A stretch of DNA of 64,000 bases from Verrucomicrobiota bacterium (GCA_047947115.1 CP170459.1:768001-832000); one strand, 5' to 3'; numbered from the stretch's first letter, positions 8,893 through 19,096 are shown. The notes: generated by a model not told the origin, from the letters alone. A program made the numbers and translations.

Positions 8893-8925
8893 AGAAAAAC
8901 GGCCGGCACCGTTGGGTGCCGGCCG
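8893..8925 (-). terminator. Rho-independent terminator of the repeat-protein gene
   Basis: Hairpin GGCCGGCACC-gttg-GGTGCCGGCC (8901-8924) with an A-run on its left, i.e. a U-tract on the minus strand. Confidence 0.8.
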
Positions 8926-8952
8926 GGTTGTGTTTGTTTTGTTGTTCGAATT

Positions 8953-11900
8953 TTATTCGGCCACCGCTCTGGCGAATCCTTGCGGGGCTTCAGTTGTGGA
9001 CCAGACGCGCGGGCTTTGGCTGTCGTCGGCAACGTCTGTCCAGGGGCCGGTGACTTCGTCCGCCATCTGGAGCATTCCGATCCATTCGATGGTGACGTTT
9101 GCGCCGTCGCTGCTGATCTGGATTTCCGGCGTCACGTTCTGGACTTCGCCGGCTGATTGGTATGCCTTGATGGAGTCCGGATTGGACGTGTCGTTAACCA
9201 GATGAATCTTACGGTCCTTGACCGAGTAGAATTCCAGCATCAATCCGTCTTCCTGATTGGTTTCGGACTGGAACCAGAGGATACGAACGGGATACAGACC
9301 GTCTCTAGGTGCTACGATATCGAAGATCTGGCTGCGACCGTAATAGGTCGGAACGCGCTCGGCATTTTCAGAGTTGTCGTAGAGGCTCAAGACCGGTCCA
9401 CTTGGATCATGTGTCGCAGTGACCTTGTGGCCGCCTTCGGAGAACAATCCCAACTGATGGTAACCCGCAGACAGTTCGAGGTAGGTTTTGAGTTCAAGCA
9501 CGACACCTTCCAAGGCAGGAGCACCAATGTCCGACAGCACTGGAAAGAGCTGATCATTCGGGAAATTCAACACGGCGTCCTTTTCGTCCGCCAGAGCATA
9601 CCAGTTGACCACTCCATCCACTGAGACAGCTTCGCTTTCCCATTCACTGAAGTTGGTTGTTACTTCGTTGTAATAGCCCAATCCAGTTTCATCCTCCAGC
9701 TCACCCGCCAATTGCAGTTCGGCTGTTTCAGCAATGTTGTTGTGCACATTGGTTACTTCCAACGGCTGCCAGGAACTGATCATGGTGAAGGTGGCCAGGA
9801 ATCCCGGCTTACTGTCGTTGGTTACCGAGCCGCGACTACTCTGCGGCAACGCGGTATATTCCATGACGTTCACCACGAATGACTGAGTCTGAGTGCTGCC
9901 ACCCACGGATGCGCTGACGGAAACTTCATGCACACTGCCGGGAGCCAGCAACTGCGGGAAGCGACCGTTGACCGTAGTGATTCCATTGGCCTTGGAAGCG
10001 CTCACGATGGCGTTTGCTCCACCGACGGATGCAGAGATGGAGTTGGGATCCACTGTATTGTCGCCTTCGTCTGTCAACTGTAAGGTGAACCCATATCCAT
10101 TGGCATTGAAGCTGTTTTCCACTCCGAATCCAGAGCCAACACCCTGACTCAGGGTCATTGAATCCGATTCCACCCAATCCACTTGCCAACCATTGGAAGC
10201 CCCTTCCTGGAAGGCGGACAGCGCAATGGTCTGACCCGTAGCAATACCCAGATCGGACAGGTTGAGCGTGGCACTGATGGTGTTGCCGGATGCCACGTAG
10301 GAGTAATCCTGAACGATCGCAGTTTCGTCGTCCGCAGGATCGTAGACATACACTCCGTCCGGAGCGCCATCGCGCCAACCGAATTGCACCACCAAATCGG
10401 CTCCGATGGGACTTTGCAAGTTGGTGGCGTTGCCTTCGTATTCGCTGTTGGTGCGGCCTGTGGCAGGGTTGTTGTCTGTGTCGATCAACCAGTGATAGTA
10501 ATAACGGTTGTTCATACCTTCCGCAGTTTGATCCACGGTTGGAGCAGCCCAACTGGTGGTGCTCATGAGAAGTCGCAGTTGATCGCCTGCCACCCAACCA
10601 TTGACCTGTGTCAAGTCGCCGCTTGGATCCGCCATATCGCCGGAAGCATCGGATACCGAAGCCGAAGCCATGCCACCGCCGTTGATGGCGAGGGTTGCGG
10701 ATTCGACCCAGTCGACTTGCCAGCCGTTGGATGCGCCTTCCTGGAATGCCGACACGGCTATGGTTTGGCCTTGAGCCAATCCAAGTGCGGCGAGCGGAAA
10801 GACGGCTGCAACCGTGTTACCACCGATTTGATAAGAGTAATTCTGCACAATGGCGGTTTCGTCATCGGCCGGATCGTAAACATAGACTCCGTCCGGCGCG
10901 CCGTTGCGCCAACCGAATTGAACCACCAGATCGGCCCCGATAGGGTTTTGCAAATTGGTAGCATTGCCTTCGTATTCACTGTTCGTTCGACCGGTGGCCG
11001 GATTGTTGTCGGTATCCAGCAACCAGTGGTAGTAGTGGCGATTGGTCATGCCTTCGGCGGTTTGTTCAATAGTAGGACCAGCAAAATTTTGTGTAGTCAG
11101 GTAGAGATAAAGCAGATCTCCCACCACGGCAACTTGAACGGAGGAGATGTCTCCGTTGGCGTCCGCCATGTCAGCGGGATCGGTCACGGTAGCTGTCGAA
11201 GCGGAACCGCCGTTCAGCGTCAGCGTATCGGATTCGATCCAGTCAACCTGCCACCCATTTGAAGCACCTTCCTGGAAAGCGGACACGCCGATGGTCTGTC
11301 CGTGAGCCAAACCGAGAGCATCCAATGAAAGAATGGCTTCAATGGTGTTGCCACGCGTCAAAAATGCATAATTCGATACGATGGCTGTTTCGTCATCAGC
11401 CGGGTCATAGACATAGACACCGTCAGGCGCCCCGTTGCGCCAGCCGAATTGCACCACCAGGTCGGCTCCGATCGGATTTTCGAGGTTGGTGGCATTCCCT
11501 TCGTATTCGCTGTTGGTGCGACCGGTGGCGGGATTGTTGTCGGTATCCAACAACCAGTGATAATAATAGCGATTGGTCATCCCTTCAGGGGTTTGGTCCA
11601 CGGTTGGCGCTGCCACCCCGTGAACAGACAAGGACAAGTGCAGGAAGTCTCCGACCACAGTGGCGTGCAGACCGGCGATATCGCCACTGCTGTCAGCCAT
11701 GTCGGCAACATCCTGAACGCGGGCGCTGTCCAGACCGGCACCCCCTCCCGGAACGGAAAGCGTGATTTGTGCGGATTCCGCCCAATCGACCTGCCAGCCA
11801 TTCGACGCGCCTTCCTCGAAAGCGGAAACTGCCAGTGTTTGTCCGGTGGCAATGCCCAGGTCATCCAGATTCAGGATGGCGGTAATGGTATTTCCGGAAG

Positions 11901-13458
11901 CCAAATGGGCGTAGTTTTGAACAATGGCTGTTTCGTCATCAGCGGGATCATAGACATAAACACCATCAGGGGCACCATCGCGCCAACCGAACTGCACAAC
12001 AAGATCGGCACCGATCGGGTTTTCAAGATTGGTGGCATTGCCTTCGTATTCGCTGTTGGTGCGACCGGTTGCCGGGTTGTTGTCGGTGTCGATCAACCAG
12101 TGGTAATAATAACGGTTGGTCATGCCTTCGGCGGTTTGATCTGCTGTGGGAGCCGCCCAGCTGGTGGCGGTCATGGAGAGATGCAATTGGTTGCCGACCA
12201 CGTAGGCGCCAACCTGGGTCAGGTCACCGCTTGGATCCGCCATGTCACCGCTTGCATCGGCCACCGCCGTGCTGGCAATGCCCCCGCCATTCACAGTCAA
12301 GGTATCGGATTCCACCCAGTCGACCTGCCAGCCATTGGAAGCGCCTTCTTGGAAACCGGATACAGCAATGGTTTGTCCTTCGGCTAAACCAAGAGCAGAC
12401 AAAGGAATCACGGCTCCTATCGTGTTTCCACCGATTTGATAGGCAAAATTGCTGACAATGGCGGTTTCATCATCCGCCGGGTCGTAAGCATATACACCGT
12501 CGGGAGCTCCATTGCGCCAACCGAACTGGATGACCAGGTCGGCTCCGATCGGGTTTTCGAGATTGGTGGCGTTGCCTTCGTATTCGCTGTTGGTGCGGCC
12601 GGTCGCAGGATTGTTGTCGGTGTCGATCAACCAGTGGTAGTAGTAGCGGTTGGTCATGCCTTCAGCTGTCTGGTCCACTGTTGGGGCAGCGATGTTCTGC
12701 GTGGTCATATACAGATGCAATTGGTCACCTACGACTGCAGCCATAATGGAGGAGATATCCCCGTTCACATCTGCCATATCAGCCGCATCGGACACCGAAG
12801 CCGTTGCGGAGGAGCCTCCATTCAACGTGAGAGTGGCGGATTCGATCCAATCCACCTGCCAGCCATTGGAAGCCCCTTCCTGAAAGGCCGACAAAGCAAC
12901 CGTTTGGCCTTTGGCCAATCCTAGGGATGCCAGGGGAATCACGGCATTAATAGTATTTCCTCGCGCGAAGAAAGCGTAGTTCTGAACGATCGGGGTTTCA
13001 TCGTCTGCCGGATCGTAAGCGTACACGCCATCCGGAGCACCGTTTCGCCATCCGAACTGAATAATCAGATCGGCACCAATCGGGTTCTCCAGATTGGTGG
13101 CGTTTCCTTCATATTCGCTGTTGGTCCGACCGGTGGCCGGATTATTGTCGGCATCAATCAACCAATGATAGTAGTAGCGGTTGGTCATGCCTTCGGGAGT
13201 CTGGTCGACGGTGGGAGCTGCCGTGCCGTGAACAGTCATGGTGAGGTGCAGGAAATCGCCAACAACGGCTGCCTGTACACCTGCAATATCACCACTGGAA
13301 TCCACCATATCGGCGGGATCCTGGATGGAGGCGCTTTGTTGCCCCATCATCTGGACTTGCGTGGTCAGTAAAACGGCGCTCAGGATTGCCCATGCAACGC
13401 GTGCATGCCCCACGAGGCGGCCAGCCCTTGCGCGTGAGGTTTTAATTCGATTAATCAT
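8953..13458 (-). CDS. Large secreted protein with six ~178-aa repeats (DOMON/CBM9-like fold suspected), an Ig-like/PA14-like region and a Verrucomicrobia-type C-terminal domain
   Basis: N-terminal basic plus hydrophobic signal-like segment; six copies of D..DM.D..GD...YYYHWL(I/L)DTDNNPATGRTNSEYEGNATNL..PIGADL..QFGWR.GAPDGVY.YDPADDET...SAFQEGASNGWQVDW.ES; C-terminal EIQISSDGANVTIEWIGMLQMADEVTGPWTDV. Confidence 0.85.
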   Translation of the reverse strand: MINRIKTSRARAGRLVGHARVAWAILSAVLLTTQVQMMGQQSASIQDPADMVDSSGDIAGVQAAVVGDFLHLTMTVHGTAAPTVDQTPEGMTNRYYYHWLIDADNNPATGRTNSEYEGNATNLENPIGADLIIQFGWRNGAPDGVYAYDPADDETPIVQNYAFFARGNTINAVIPLASLGLAKGQTVALSAFQEGASNGWQVDWIESATLTLNGGSSATASVSDAADMADVNGDISSIMAAVVGDQLHLYMTTQNIAAPTVDQTAEGMTNRYYYHWLIDTDNNPATGRTNSEYEGNATNLENPIGADLVIQFGWRNGAPDGVYAYDPADDETAIVSNFAYQIGGNTIGAVIPLSALGLAEGQTIAVSGFQEGASNGWQVDWVESDTLTVNGGGIASTAVADASGDMADPSGDLTQVGAYVVGNQLHLSMTATSWAAPTADQTAEGMTNRYYYHWLIDTDNNPATGRTNSEYEGNATNLENPIGADLVVQFGWRDGAPDGVYVYDPADDETAIVQNYAHLASGNTITAILNLDDLGIATGQTLAVSAFEEGASNGWQVDWAESAQITLSVPGGGAGLDSARVQDVADMADSSGDIAGLHATVVGDFLHLSLSVHGVAAPTVDQTPEGMTNRYYYHWLLDTDNNPATGRTNSEYEGNATNLENPIGADLVVQFGWRNGAPDGVYVYDPADDETAIVSNYAFLTRGNTIEAILSLDALGLAHGQTIGVSAFQEGASNGWQVDWIESDTLTLNGGSASTATVTDPADMADANGDISSVQVAVVGDLLYLYLTTQNFAGPTIEQTAEGMTNRHYYHWLLDTDNNPATGRTNSEYEGNATNLQNPIGADLVVQFGWRNGAPDGVYVYDPADDETAIVQNYSYQIGGNTVAAVFPLAALGLAQGQTIAVSAFQEGASNGWQVDWVESATLAINGGGMASASVSDASGDMADPSGDLTQVNGWVAGDQLRLLMSTTSWAAPTVDQTAEGMNNRYYYHWLIDTDNNPATGRTNSEYEGNATNLQSPIGADLVVQFGWRDGAPDGVYVYDPADDETAIVQDYSYVASGNTISATLNLSDLGIATGQTIALSAFQEGASNGWQVDWVESDSMTLSQGVGSGFGVENSFNANGYGFTLQLTDEGDNTVDPNSISASVGGANAIVSASKANGITTVNGRFPQLLAPGSVHEVSVSASVGGSTQTQSFVVNVMEYTALPQSSRGSVTNDSKPGFLATFTMISSWQPLEVTNVHNNIAETAELQLAGELEDETGLGYYNEVTTNFSEWESEAVSVDGVVNWYALADEKDAVLNFPNDQLFPVLSDIGAPALEGVVLELKTYLELSAGYHQLGLFSEGGHKVTATHDPSGPVLSLYDNSENAERVPTYYGRSQIFDIVAPRDGLYPVRILWFQSETNQEDGLMLEFYSVKDRKIHLVNDTSNPDSIKAYQSAGEVQNVTPEIQISSDGANVTIEWIGMLQMADEVTGPWTDVADDSQSPRVWSTTEAPQGFARAVAE
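10150..13325 (-). repeat. Six intragenic repeats with spacing ~531, 534, 543, 531, 534 bp, i.e. an (A-B-C)x2 arrangement with ~1608-bp period
   Basis: Spacing of the GWQVDW codons; repeats 1/4, 2/5 and 3/6 share N-terminal signatures (SSGDIAG, NGDISS, DASGDMADPSGDLTQV). Confidence 0.9.
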
Positions 13459-13619
13459 ACGGTTCAAGGTTTGGGTCCTCAATGTGTCATTTTGGAGACA
13501 TAAGCGTTATATATAAAAGACTGAAAGTGAGCAAACTCAAATTAAAGTAAGTGACAGCAAGATTTCCCAATGCCGTATTACATCGAAGGGAATCTCAAGT
13601 GGGGATTACCCAGGCAGGA

Positions 13620-14519
13620 TCAGACCCTCGTTCTCCACCACGGGAAGATGATTTCCACAGCGGTGACGACCAGAAACACAAGGCTAATCAGGGCATTCAG
13701 CCTGAAGAATGAATAATTGATCCACTTGAGGCTGCGTTTTCGGGCCAACCAATGCTCAAGGATCAACGCTACAAATATCAAGCACATGCCAACCAGATAA
13801 ACCAGTTTGAATCGCTCAATGAATCCAAAAATTGCCAGTAATCCCCACATGATCATATGACTTAAGAAGGCTGCTTGCAGGGCATTTTTAACGCCCCATG
13901 CCACCACGACAGAATGGAGTCCGTGTTGGCGGTCAAATTCATGATCTTGCATGGCATAGATGATATCGAATCCAATCAACCAAAAGACCACAGAGATACT
14001 GAGGAGGACAGGCGAAAGGCCCAGGCTTTCACGAACGGCCAACCAAGCTCCGATCGGAGCCAGCCCCAAGGCAACCCCCAGATAGACGTGCGTATAATCT
14101 GTGAAACGTTTGGTCAGTGAATAGAAACACACCACGAACAAAGCCACCGGAGAAAGCACAAAGCAAACAGTGTTGATGAAATAAGCGGCCAGCAAAAATC
14201 CCCCTCCGCTCAACAAAAGCAGCGCTTGCGCACTCCAGAGAGAAATCGCGCCGGTTGCCAAGTGGCGACTGGCGGTTCGGGGGTTGAGTTTATCGAATTT
14301 TCTATCAACAATGCGATTGAAAGTCATGGCACAGGTTCGCGCGCAGACCATTGCTGCCAGGATGAGCAGGAACGTGCGCCACCCCGGCCATCCACGATTG
14401 TCTTTGGCCGCCACCAGCATGGAGGCGAGGGCAAAAGGCAAAGCAAAGACAGTGTGGGAGAATTTGACAAACTCCCCCCACTTGATGATTTCCCGGATGA
14501 TCCTCGACACCGGATTCAT
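13620..14519 (-). CDS. ubiA: UbiA-family polyprenyltransferase (MqnP/ubiA_other type)
   Basis: KFSHTVFALPFA, RTCAMTFNRIVDRKFDKLNPRTASR, YSLTKRFT, GFDIIYAMQD.EFDR; multiple TM helices. Confidence 0.85.
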   Translation of the reverse strand: MNPVSRIIREIIKWGEFVKFSHTVFALPFALASMLVAAKDNRGWPGWRTFLLILAAMVCARTCAMTFNRIVDRKFDKLNPRTASRHLATGAISLWSAQALLLLSGGGFLLAAYFINTVCFVLSPVALFVVCFYSLTKRFTDYTHVYLGVALGLAPIGAWLAVRESLGLSPVLLSISVVFWLIGFDIIYAMQDHEFDRQHGLHSVVVAWGVKNALQAAFLSHMIMWGLLAIFGFIERFKLVYLVGMCLIFVALILEHWLARKRSLKWINYSFFRLNALISLVFLVVTAVEIIFPWWRTRV

Positions 14520-14899
14520 GCAGCACCGTCGGATGTGTCCATGGGCCAACCTGATTCAACCATTGCCTTGTATCCGCCCACCAACGAGTGCACATTCGCA
14601 TAACCCATTCGACGGGCCACATCGGCGGTCAAAGCCGAACGGAATCCCCCACCACAATACATGATGAGTTCGGTGGATTTATCAGGGAATTTGGCTTCGA
14701 TGTCGCGTTCAAGAATCCCCTTACCCAGGTGGACGGCATCAGCGGCGTGTTGTTTGTCCCATTCACGATCTTCACGCACATCGACCAGGATGACGTTCTC
14801 ACCGGAAGCGAGGAGTACACGGGCTTGTTCCACCGACAACTCACTCACGTGTTCACGGGCTTCGTTCACCAACTCCAAAAATCCGGGCGAATGTTCCAT
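14516..14899 (-). CDS. Rhodanese-like domain sulfurtransferase
   Basis: LVDVREDREW...HLGKGILERDIE...YCGGGFRS active-site loop; 4-bp overlap with ubiA. Confidence 0.9.
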   Translation of the reverse strand: MEHSPGFLELVNEAREHVSELSVEQARVLLASGENVILVDVREDREWDKQHAADAVHLGKGILERDIEAKFPDKSTELIMYCGGGFRSALTADVARRMGYANVHSLVGGYKAMVESGWPMDTSDGAA

Positions 14900-14982
14900 A
14901 TCGGTGAGGAGTTAACCCGAAAAACTGAAAATGGCAAAGCGTTTTCAAAGTCTTCCGAGAAGGCTGACTTGACCGGACAACG

Positions 14983-16875
14983 CTAGTTCTCGACAAGAAA
15001 CCGATCCCAGGTGGTTTCGAACCACTCACGGTCCGCCGGAAGGAGCTGATCCCTCTGAACCAGCAAGCCATGGCTTCTCGCCAAATCGTAGTCCTGCTTC
15101 CGCATAGCCACTTCGAACCACGCCAGGTGGTAACCTGAAACAAAATCGGGATCAAGTGACTCCGCCGGCACCTGCTTCAAGTGCTCCACAGCTTCATCAA
15201 AACGATGATTGAGCGCCAGAGCCAATGCGTGATTGATCAACGCTGCCTGATACTTCGAAGGCGTTATCAGGCGACTGATCGAACTTACATTCAATTGTTC
15301 CCAAGTCAAACGAACCGCCGTATCGGATTCCTGCCGGTGGCTCAGCAGCAAAGCCGCATAATTGTTTCGATAGATGTCATTGTCGGGTTCCAGACGATAG
15401 AGCTGCCTGGCTGCTTCCAGGAACAACTCCGAATCCCCCTGATTGGAAGCCAGCGGGAACACTCTTTCCCAATAGGCTTTTTGCTCCTTCATCTCATCTG
15501 AGCAACCGCGCAAAATGCTCAGAGCCTCCGATTCAAATCCAAGGGTTCCCAGTTCTTGAGCGATATAAAAACCCACCGATACAATCTCATATTCCACCCG
15601 GGCAACTTTTTTCATCATCCGGGCCGCCAGCTCGACTTTTTGTTCCCCCAAAGCGGCACGGCCTTCCATGTAGTAGGTGTAGCCTTCCAGGGTGCCGGAC
15701 GCGAGGGGATGCCGACGTGCCTGCACCGCCAGATTGTTCAAACTTTGCCAATCTCGCTGGTCAATCAGAATGTTCGCATAAGCAATCCAGATCGGCTCAT
15801 AATAACCAAAATCGGTGGCATACGTTTTCAAATACTGGATGGCCAGGTCCTTTTCACCGATCATCACCGCAAAATCGGCAAAACGAACCACATCCAGGGC
15901 CTGTTCGGGAGGCAAATTATAGCGTCTGAACTGTTCGATTGCCTGATCCTTTGCTCCCTGCTCAACCAACATGGTCCAATATTGAAGATGATGCACCAAA
16001 CGGTCCACACCCCGGGCGATCATAAAATCCATGGATTGCTTGAACGAATCAGTTTCCCCTCGAGCGACGCTGATCTCACAGTTGAGTGTGTGCGCCAAAG
16101 ACCCAAGAGTGGGATGTTTAAAATGGGAGCGAAGGAGTTCGACGAATGACATCGCTGATTCGGGAGAGCCCCAGATCGACATATAAGCCGCATGATACAG
16201 CTTTAATTCGGGTTCAGCTTCCATGCGCACAGGACCCAAACGCTCAATCCCCCTGCGGAATCCGGAAATGTTCCCCATGTGAAAGGCGCTCTTCAGATAC
16301 TTGACCTCCATCTCAGGAGTCAGTTTTTCCTCCCGCTGACTCAGAAACCACTGGTTGATTTCATGAAGCTGGTAGAAATCAAAGACGTCCGTAACCATTT
16401 CCAGGGAGAATTCATTGGTTTGATTCAATTTCAGATACCACCATCCATTTTGAACAGCCTGACGTGATTTGGATTTCTGCAAATCCTCATTCATCAGAAA
16501 CTGAAAATACTCGCGCTGGTAAATCTGATTTCCCGGATCGTTGGCGATGGAAGAATGCCAGGCATGCACCGCATCATCAAACCGACCGGCATCCATGGCT
16601 TTGTATGCGGCTCGGCGCAGGGACCACGATTGCAGTTTGTCCAGGAGGCTGATTTTGACTGCCGGATTGAAGTCAACAGGAGTCACAGTCCACACTTTGA
16701 CAAGCGCCAAAGGCAACGTAACGAGGATCAAGACCATGCAAAGCAAGCCCCAACGCAACCATGGGGTGTAGTAAAGGAGCCTCAACAAAGGCACGTCATA
16801 ATCAGTAACAAACTTTTCTATCTTTCGACTGATCGTCTTCTTTTTTTCTCTCATTTTTTTCGTAATTGAATGCAA
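14983..16875 (-). CDS. Membrane-anchored TPR-like helical protein, function unknown
   Basis: 630-aa ORF with one N-terminal TM and TPR-like helical repeats (e.g. AARQLYRLEPDNDIYRNNYAALLL). Confidence 0.6.
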   Translation of the reverse strand: MHSITKKMREKKKTISRKIEKFVTDYDVPLLRLLYYTPWLRWGLLCMVLILVTLPLALVKVWTVTPVDFNPAVKISLLDKLQSWSLRRAAYKAMDAGRFDDAVHAWHSSIANDPGNQIYQREYFQFLMNEDLQKSKSRQAVQNGWWYLKLNQTNEFSLEMVTDVFDFYQLHEINQWFLSQREEKLTPEMEVKYLKSAFHMGNISGFRRGIERLGPVRMEAEPELKLYHAAYMSIWGSPESAMSFVELLRSHFKHPTLGSLAHTLNCEISVARGETDSFKQSMDFMIARGVDRLVHHLQYWTMLVEQGAKDQAIEQFRRYNLPPEQALDVVRFADFAVMIGEKDLAIQYLKTYATDFGYYEPIWIAYANILIDQRDWQSLNNLAVQARRHPLASGTLEGYTYYMEGRAALGEQKVELAARMMKKVARVEYEIVSVGFYIAQELGTLGFESEALSILRGCSDEMKEQKAYWERVFPLASNQGDSELFLEAARQLYRLEPDNDIYRNNYAALLLSHRQESDTAVRLTWEQLNVSSISRLITPSKYQAALINHALALALNHRFDEAVEHLKQVPAESLDPDFVSGYHLAWFEVAMRKQDYDLARSHGLLVQRDQLLPADREWFETTWDRFLVEN

Positions 16876-16918
16876 AATTTGCGTTCATATTACTTCAAAG
16901 TAGAGTGCAGATCAGAAA

Positions 16919-18337
16919 CTAAGAGAAACGATGCCTGAGTTCAAGCAAGATTTTTTCATGAACACCACCGAAGCCGCCATTGCTCAAAATAGCAACAACA
17001 TCTCCCGGTTGCACACCTCGAGCGACTTCATTTGCCATTTCATCCGAACCCGCGAGAACCTTGGCAACCTTTCCCTTTTGTTCGATGGATTCAATCAAGG
17101 ATTCCAGATCCAGTCGCTCTTCCTTCTTCAACAGATGCTCGCGAGCCACCCCACCCAGTAGCGTCACATCCGCTTCCGAGAAGGCCTCGATCAATTCCTT
17201 CTGGAAGATATTGCGCCGGGTTGTATTGCTGCGCGGTTCAAACAAGGTCCAGATACGGCCATCCGAATAGACTTTTCGCAGGGTCTGAATGATTTTTCGA
17301 ATGGCGGTGGGATGGTGGGCAAAATCATCGATCACCGTCACGCCTCCCGGGGTTCCAATAATCTCCAATCGACGTTTGACTCCCTTGAAAGTGCGCATGG
17401 CGGTCTCGACCACCGAACTGGGCACGCCGCAATGCTGCGCACAGGCAATGGCAACCAGTGCATTTTCCATATTGTGCTCCCCGATCATCGGTAAATGGTA
17501 TTCATTTTCGTTAACCCGAAAGTGAAGCACACCCTTTTTAGTATCAATGGCTTCCGCCTTAAAATCCTGGTCACCTTGCAATCCGAATCGCTTCACCGGA
17601 CAATAGTCCACATTCAACAACGGTGCGACATTCGGGTCGGCCCCATTGGCCAGCAGGAGCCCGTTCGGGGGAACCAGACGAATCAGGTGCGAAAATGTCT
17701 TCTGCACAGCATGCAGGTTTTCAAAAATATCGGCGTGATCAAACTCGATGTTGTTGATGATGGCGACTTCTGGCAGATAATGCACAAACTTGCTGCGCTT
17801 ATCGAAAAAGGCGGTGTCGTATTCATCCCCCTCCAAAACGATCCAATCACTCGATGTTAACCGCGCGCCCCGCTGGAAATTACCCGGCAGTCCACCGATG
17901 AGAAAGGATGGATGATACCCGGCACACTCCAGAATCCAGGCGATCATGGATGTGGTGGTCGTCTTTCCATGGGTGCCGCTCACCACAATGGACCGCTTTC
18001 CGCGAATGAAAAACTCCTTCAACAACTCGGGAAGGGAACAATAACGCCACTTCTGTTCCAGCACATATTCCACCTCCGGATTGCCCCGCGACATGGCGTT
18101 GCCAATCACGATCCAGTCCGGTTGCTCGCCAAAATGATTCGGATCGTAGCCCTCATGGACCTTGATTCCCGCCTGGGACAGGAAAGTCGACATCGGAGGA
18201 TAAACATTGGCATCGGACCCAGAGACTCTAAAACCTCTTGATTTCAAAGCCCCTGCACACGAAGCCATCGCCGTCCCGCAAATTCCGATAAAATAAATAT
18301 GATCGCCTTCCTGAATCACCCAGCAAGCATGTAGCAA
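16919..18337 (-). CDS. mpl: UDP-N-acetylmuramate:L-alanyl-gamma-D-glutamyl-meso-diaminopimelate ligase
   Basis: HIYFIGICGTAM, SGSDANVYPPMS, GNAMSRGNPEVE, GTHGKTTT, EGDEYDTAFFDKRSKF, DDFAHHPTA, FEPRSNT. Confidence 0.93.
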   Translation of the reverse strand: MLHACWVIQEGDHIYFIGICGTAMASCAGALKSRGFRVSGSDANVYPPMSTFLSQAGIKVHEGYDPNHFGEQPDWIVIGNAMSRGNPEVEYVLEQKWRYCSLPELLKEFFIRGKRSIVVSGTHGKTTTTSMIAWILECAGYHPSFLIGGLPGNFQRGARLTSSDWIVLEGDEYDTAFFDKRSKFVHYLPEVAIINNIEFDHADIFENLHAVQKTFSHLIRLVPPNGLLLANGADPNVAPLLNVDYCPVKRFGLQGDQDFKAEAIDTKKGVLHFRVNENEYHLPMIGEHNMENALVAIACAQHCGVPSSVVETAMRTFKGVKRRLEIIGTPGGVTVIDDFAHHPTAIRKIIQTLRKVYSDGRIWTLFEPRSNTTRRNIFQKELIEAFSEADVTLLGGVAREHLLKKEERLDLESLIESIEQKGKVAKVLAGSDEMANEVARGVQPGDVVAILSNGGFGGVHEKILLELRHRFS

Positions 18338-18444
18338 TCAGCATCATGATTCCAAGAAGGATTTCATAAGAATCAGACTACAGGGCTGAAAAGCATTTGA
18401 TGTGAGAATGAGTATTGGATTTTTTCTCATTCATCAATTGACAC

Positions 18445-18699
18445 ATGATTTCGGTAAGGATTGATCCCACACTTGAAAATGAACTTAGCTTGGTAGCTAA
18501 GGAGAAAGGAATGTCCAAATCGAAATATCTGCGGGGATTAATCATTGAAAAATTGGAGACTGAACGTGTTCATAAAAAGACGCCATGGGAACTGGGTTAG
18601 CATGTGTTTGGCAAATTTGACAGTGGCCGATCCGACCTTTCAAAAAATCGCAAAGCCATTTTGAAGGAAAATTTACGTGAAAAGGCGTGCCGTCATTGA
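18445..18699 (+). pseudogene. RHH/CopG-type antitoxin with an in-frame TAG at 18598-18600
   Basis: MISVRIDPTLENELSLVAKEKGMSKSKYLRGLIIEKLETERVHKKTPWELG*HVFGKFDSGRSDLSKNRKAILKENLREKACRH; the read-through frame overlaps the PIN toxin start, as in TA operons. Confidence 0.75.
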
Positions 18700-19096
18700 C
18701 TCCGGACCTTTGGTTGCTGTTTTTACCGCAAAGGATGCATTCCATCCTTCTGCGCTGGCGTTTTTCAAGTCATTTCAAGGAAACCTTTACTCAACAATCG
18801 CAGTATTAACCGAGGTTAACTATCTACTTGATTTTGATATCCAGGCACAACTGGCAATGCTGGACTGGGTCTTGTCCGGAGGGTTGGAAGTCATTGAATT
18901 GGATCATTCGGACCTGAAAGCCATTCGGCATTTGACTCAAAAACACGCGGATTTGCCGGCTGATTTTGCGGACACGTCTCTTATTGCTGTCGCCGAAAGA
19001 ATGAACATTGAATATGTGGTAAGCATTGATAGCGACTTCTACGCCTACAGAACTTTATCCAGCCGATACCTTACGAACCTCATGGAGACCGGATAA
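18677..19096 (+). CDS. vapC: PIN-domain (VapC-like) toxin
   Basis: VIDSGPLVA, VLTEV, DFADTSLIAVAE, SIDSDFYAYR: the PIN acidic tetrad. Confidence 0.88.
   Translation: MKRRAVIDSGPLVAVFTAKDAFHPSALAFFKSFQGNLYSTIAVLTEVNYLLDFDIQAQLAMLDWVLSGGLEVIELDHSDLKAIRHLTQKHADLPADFADTSLIAVAERMNIEYVVSIDSDFYAYRTLSSRYLTNLMETG

Noticed and set aside
18598..18600. Pyrrolysine or recoded TAG
   Set aside because: Other genes here end normally in TAG and no pyl machinery is visible; a nonsense mutation or sequencing error is simpler.
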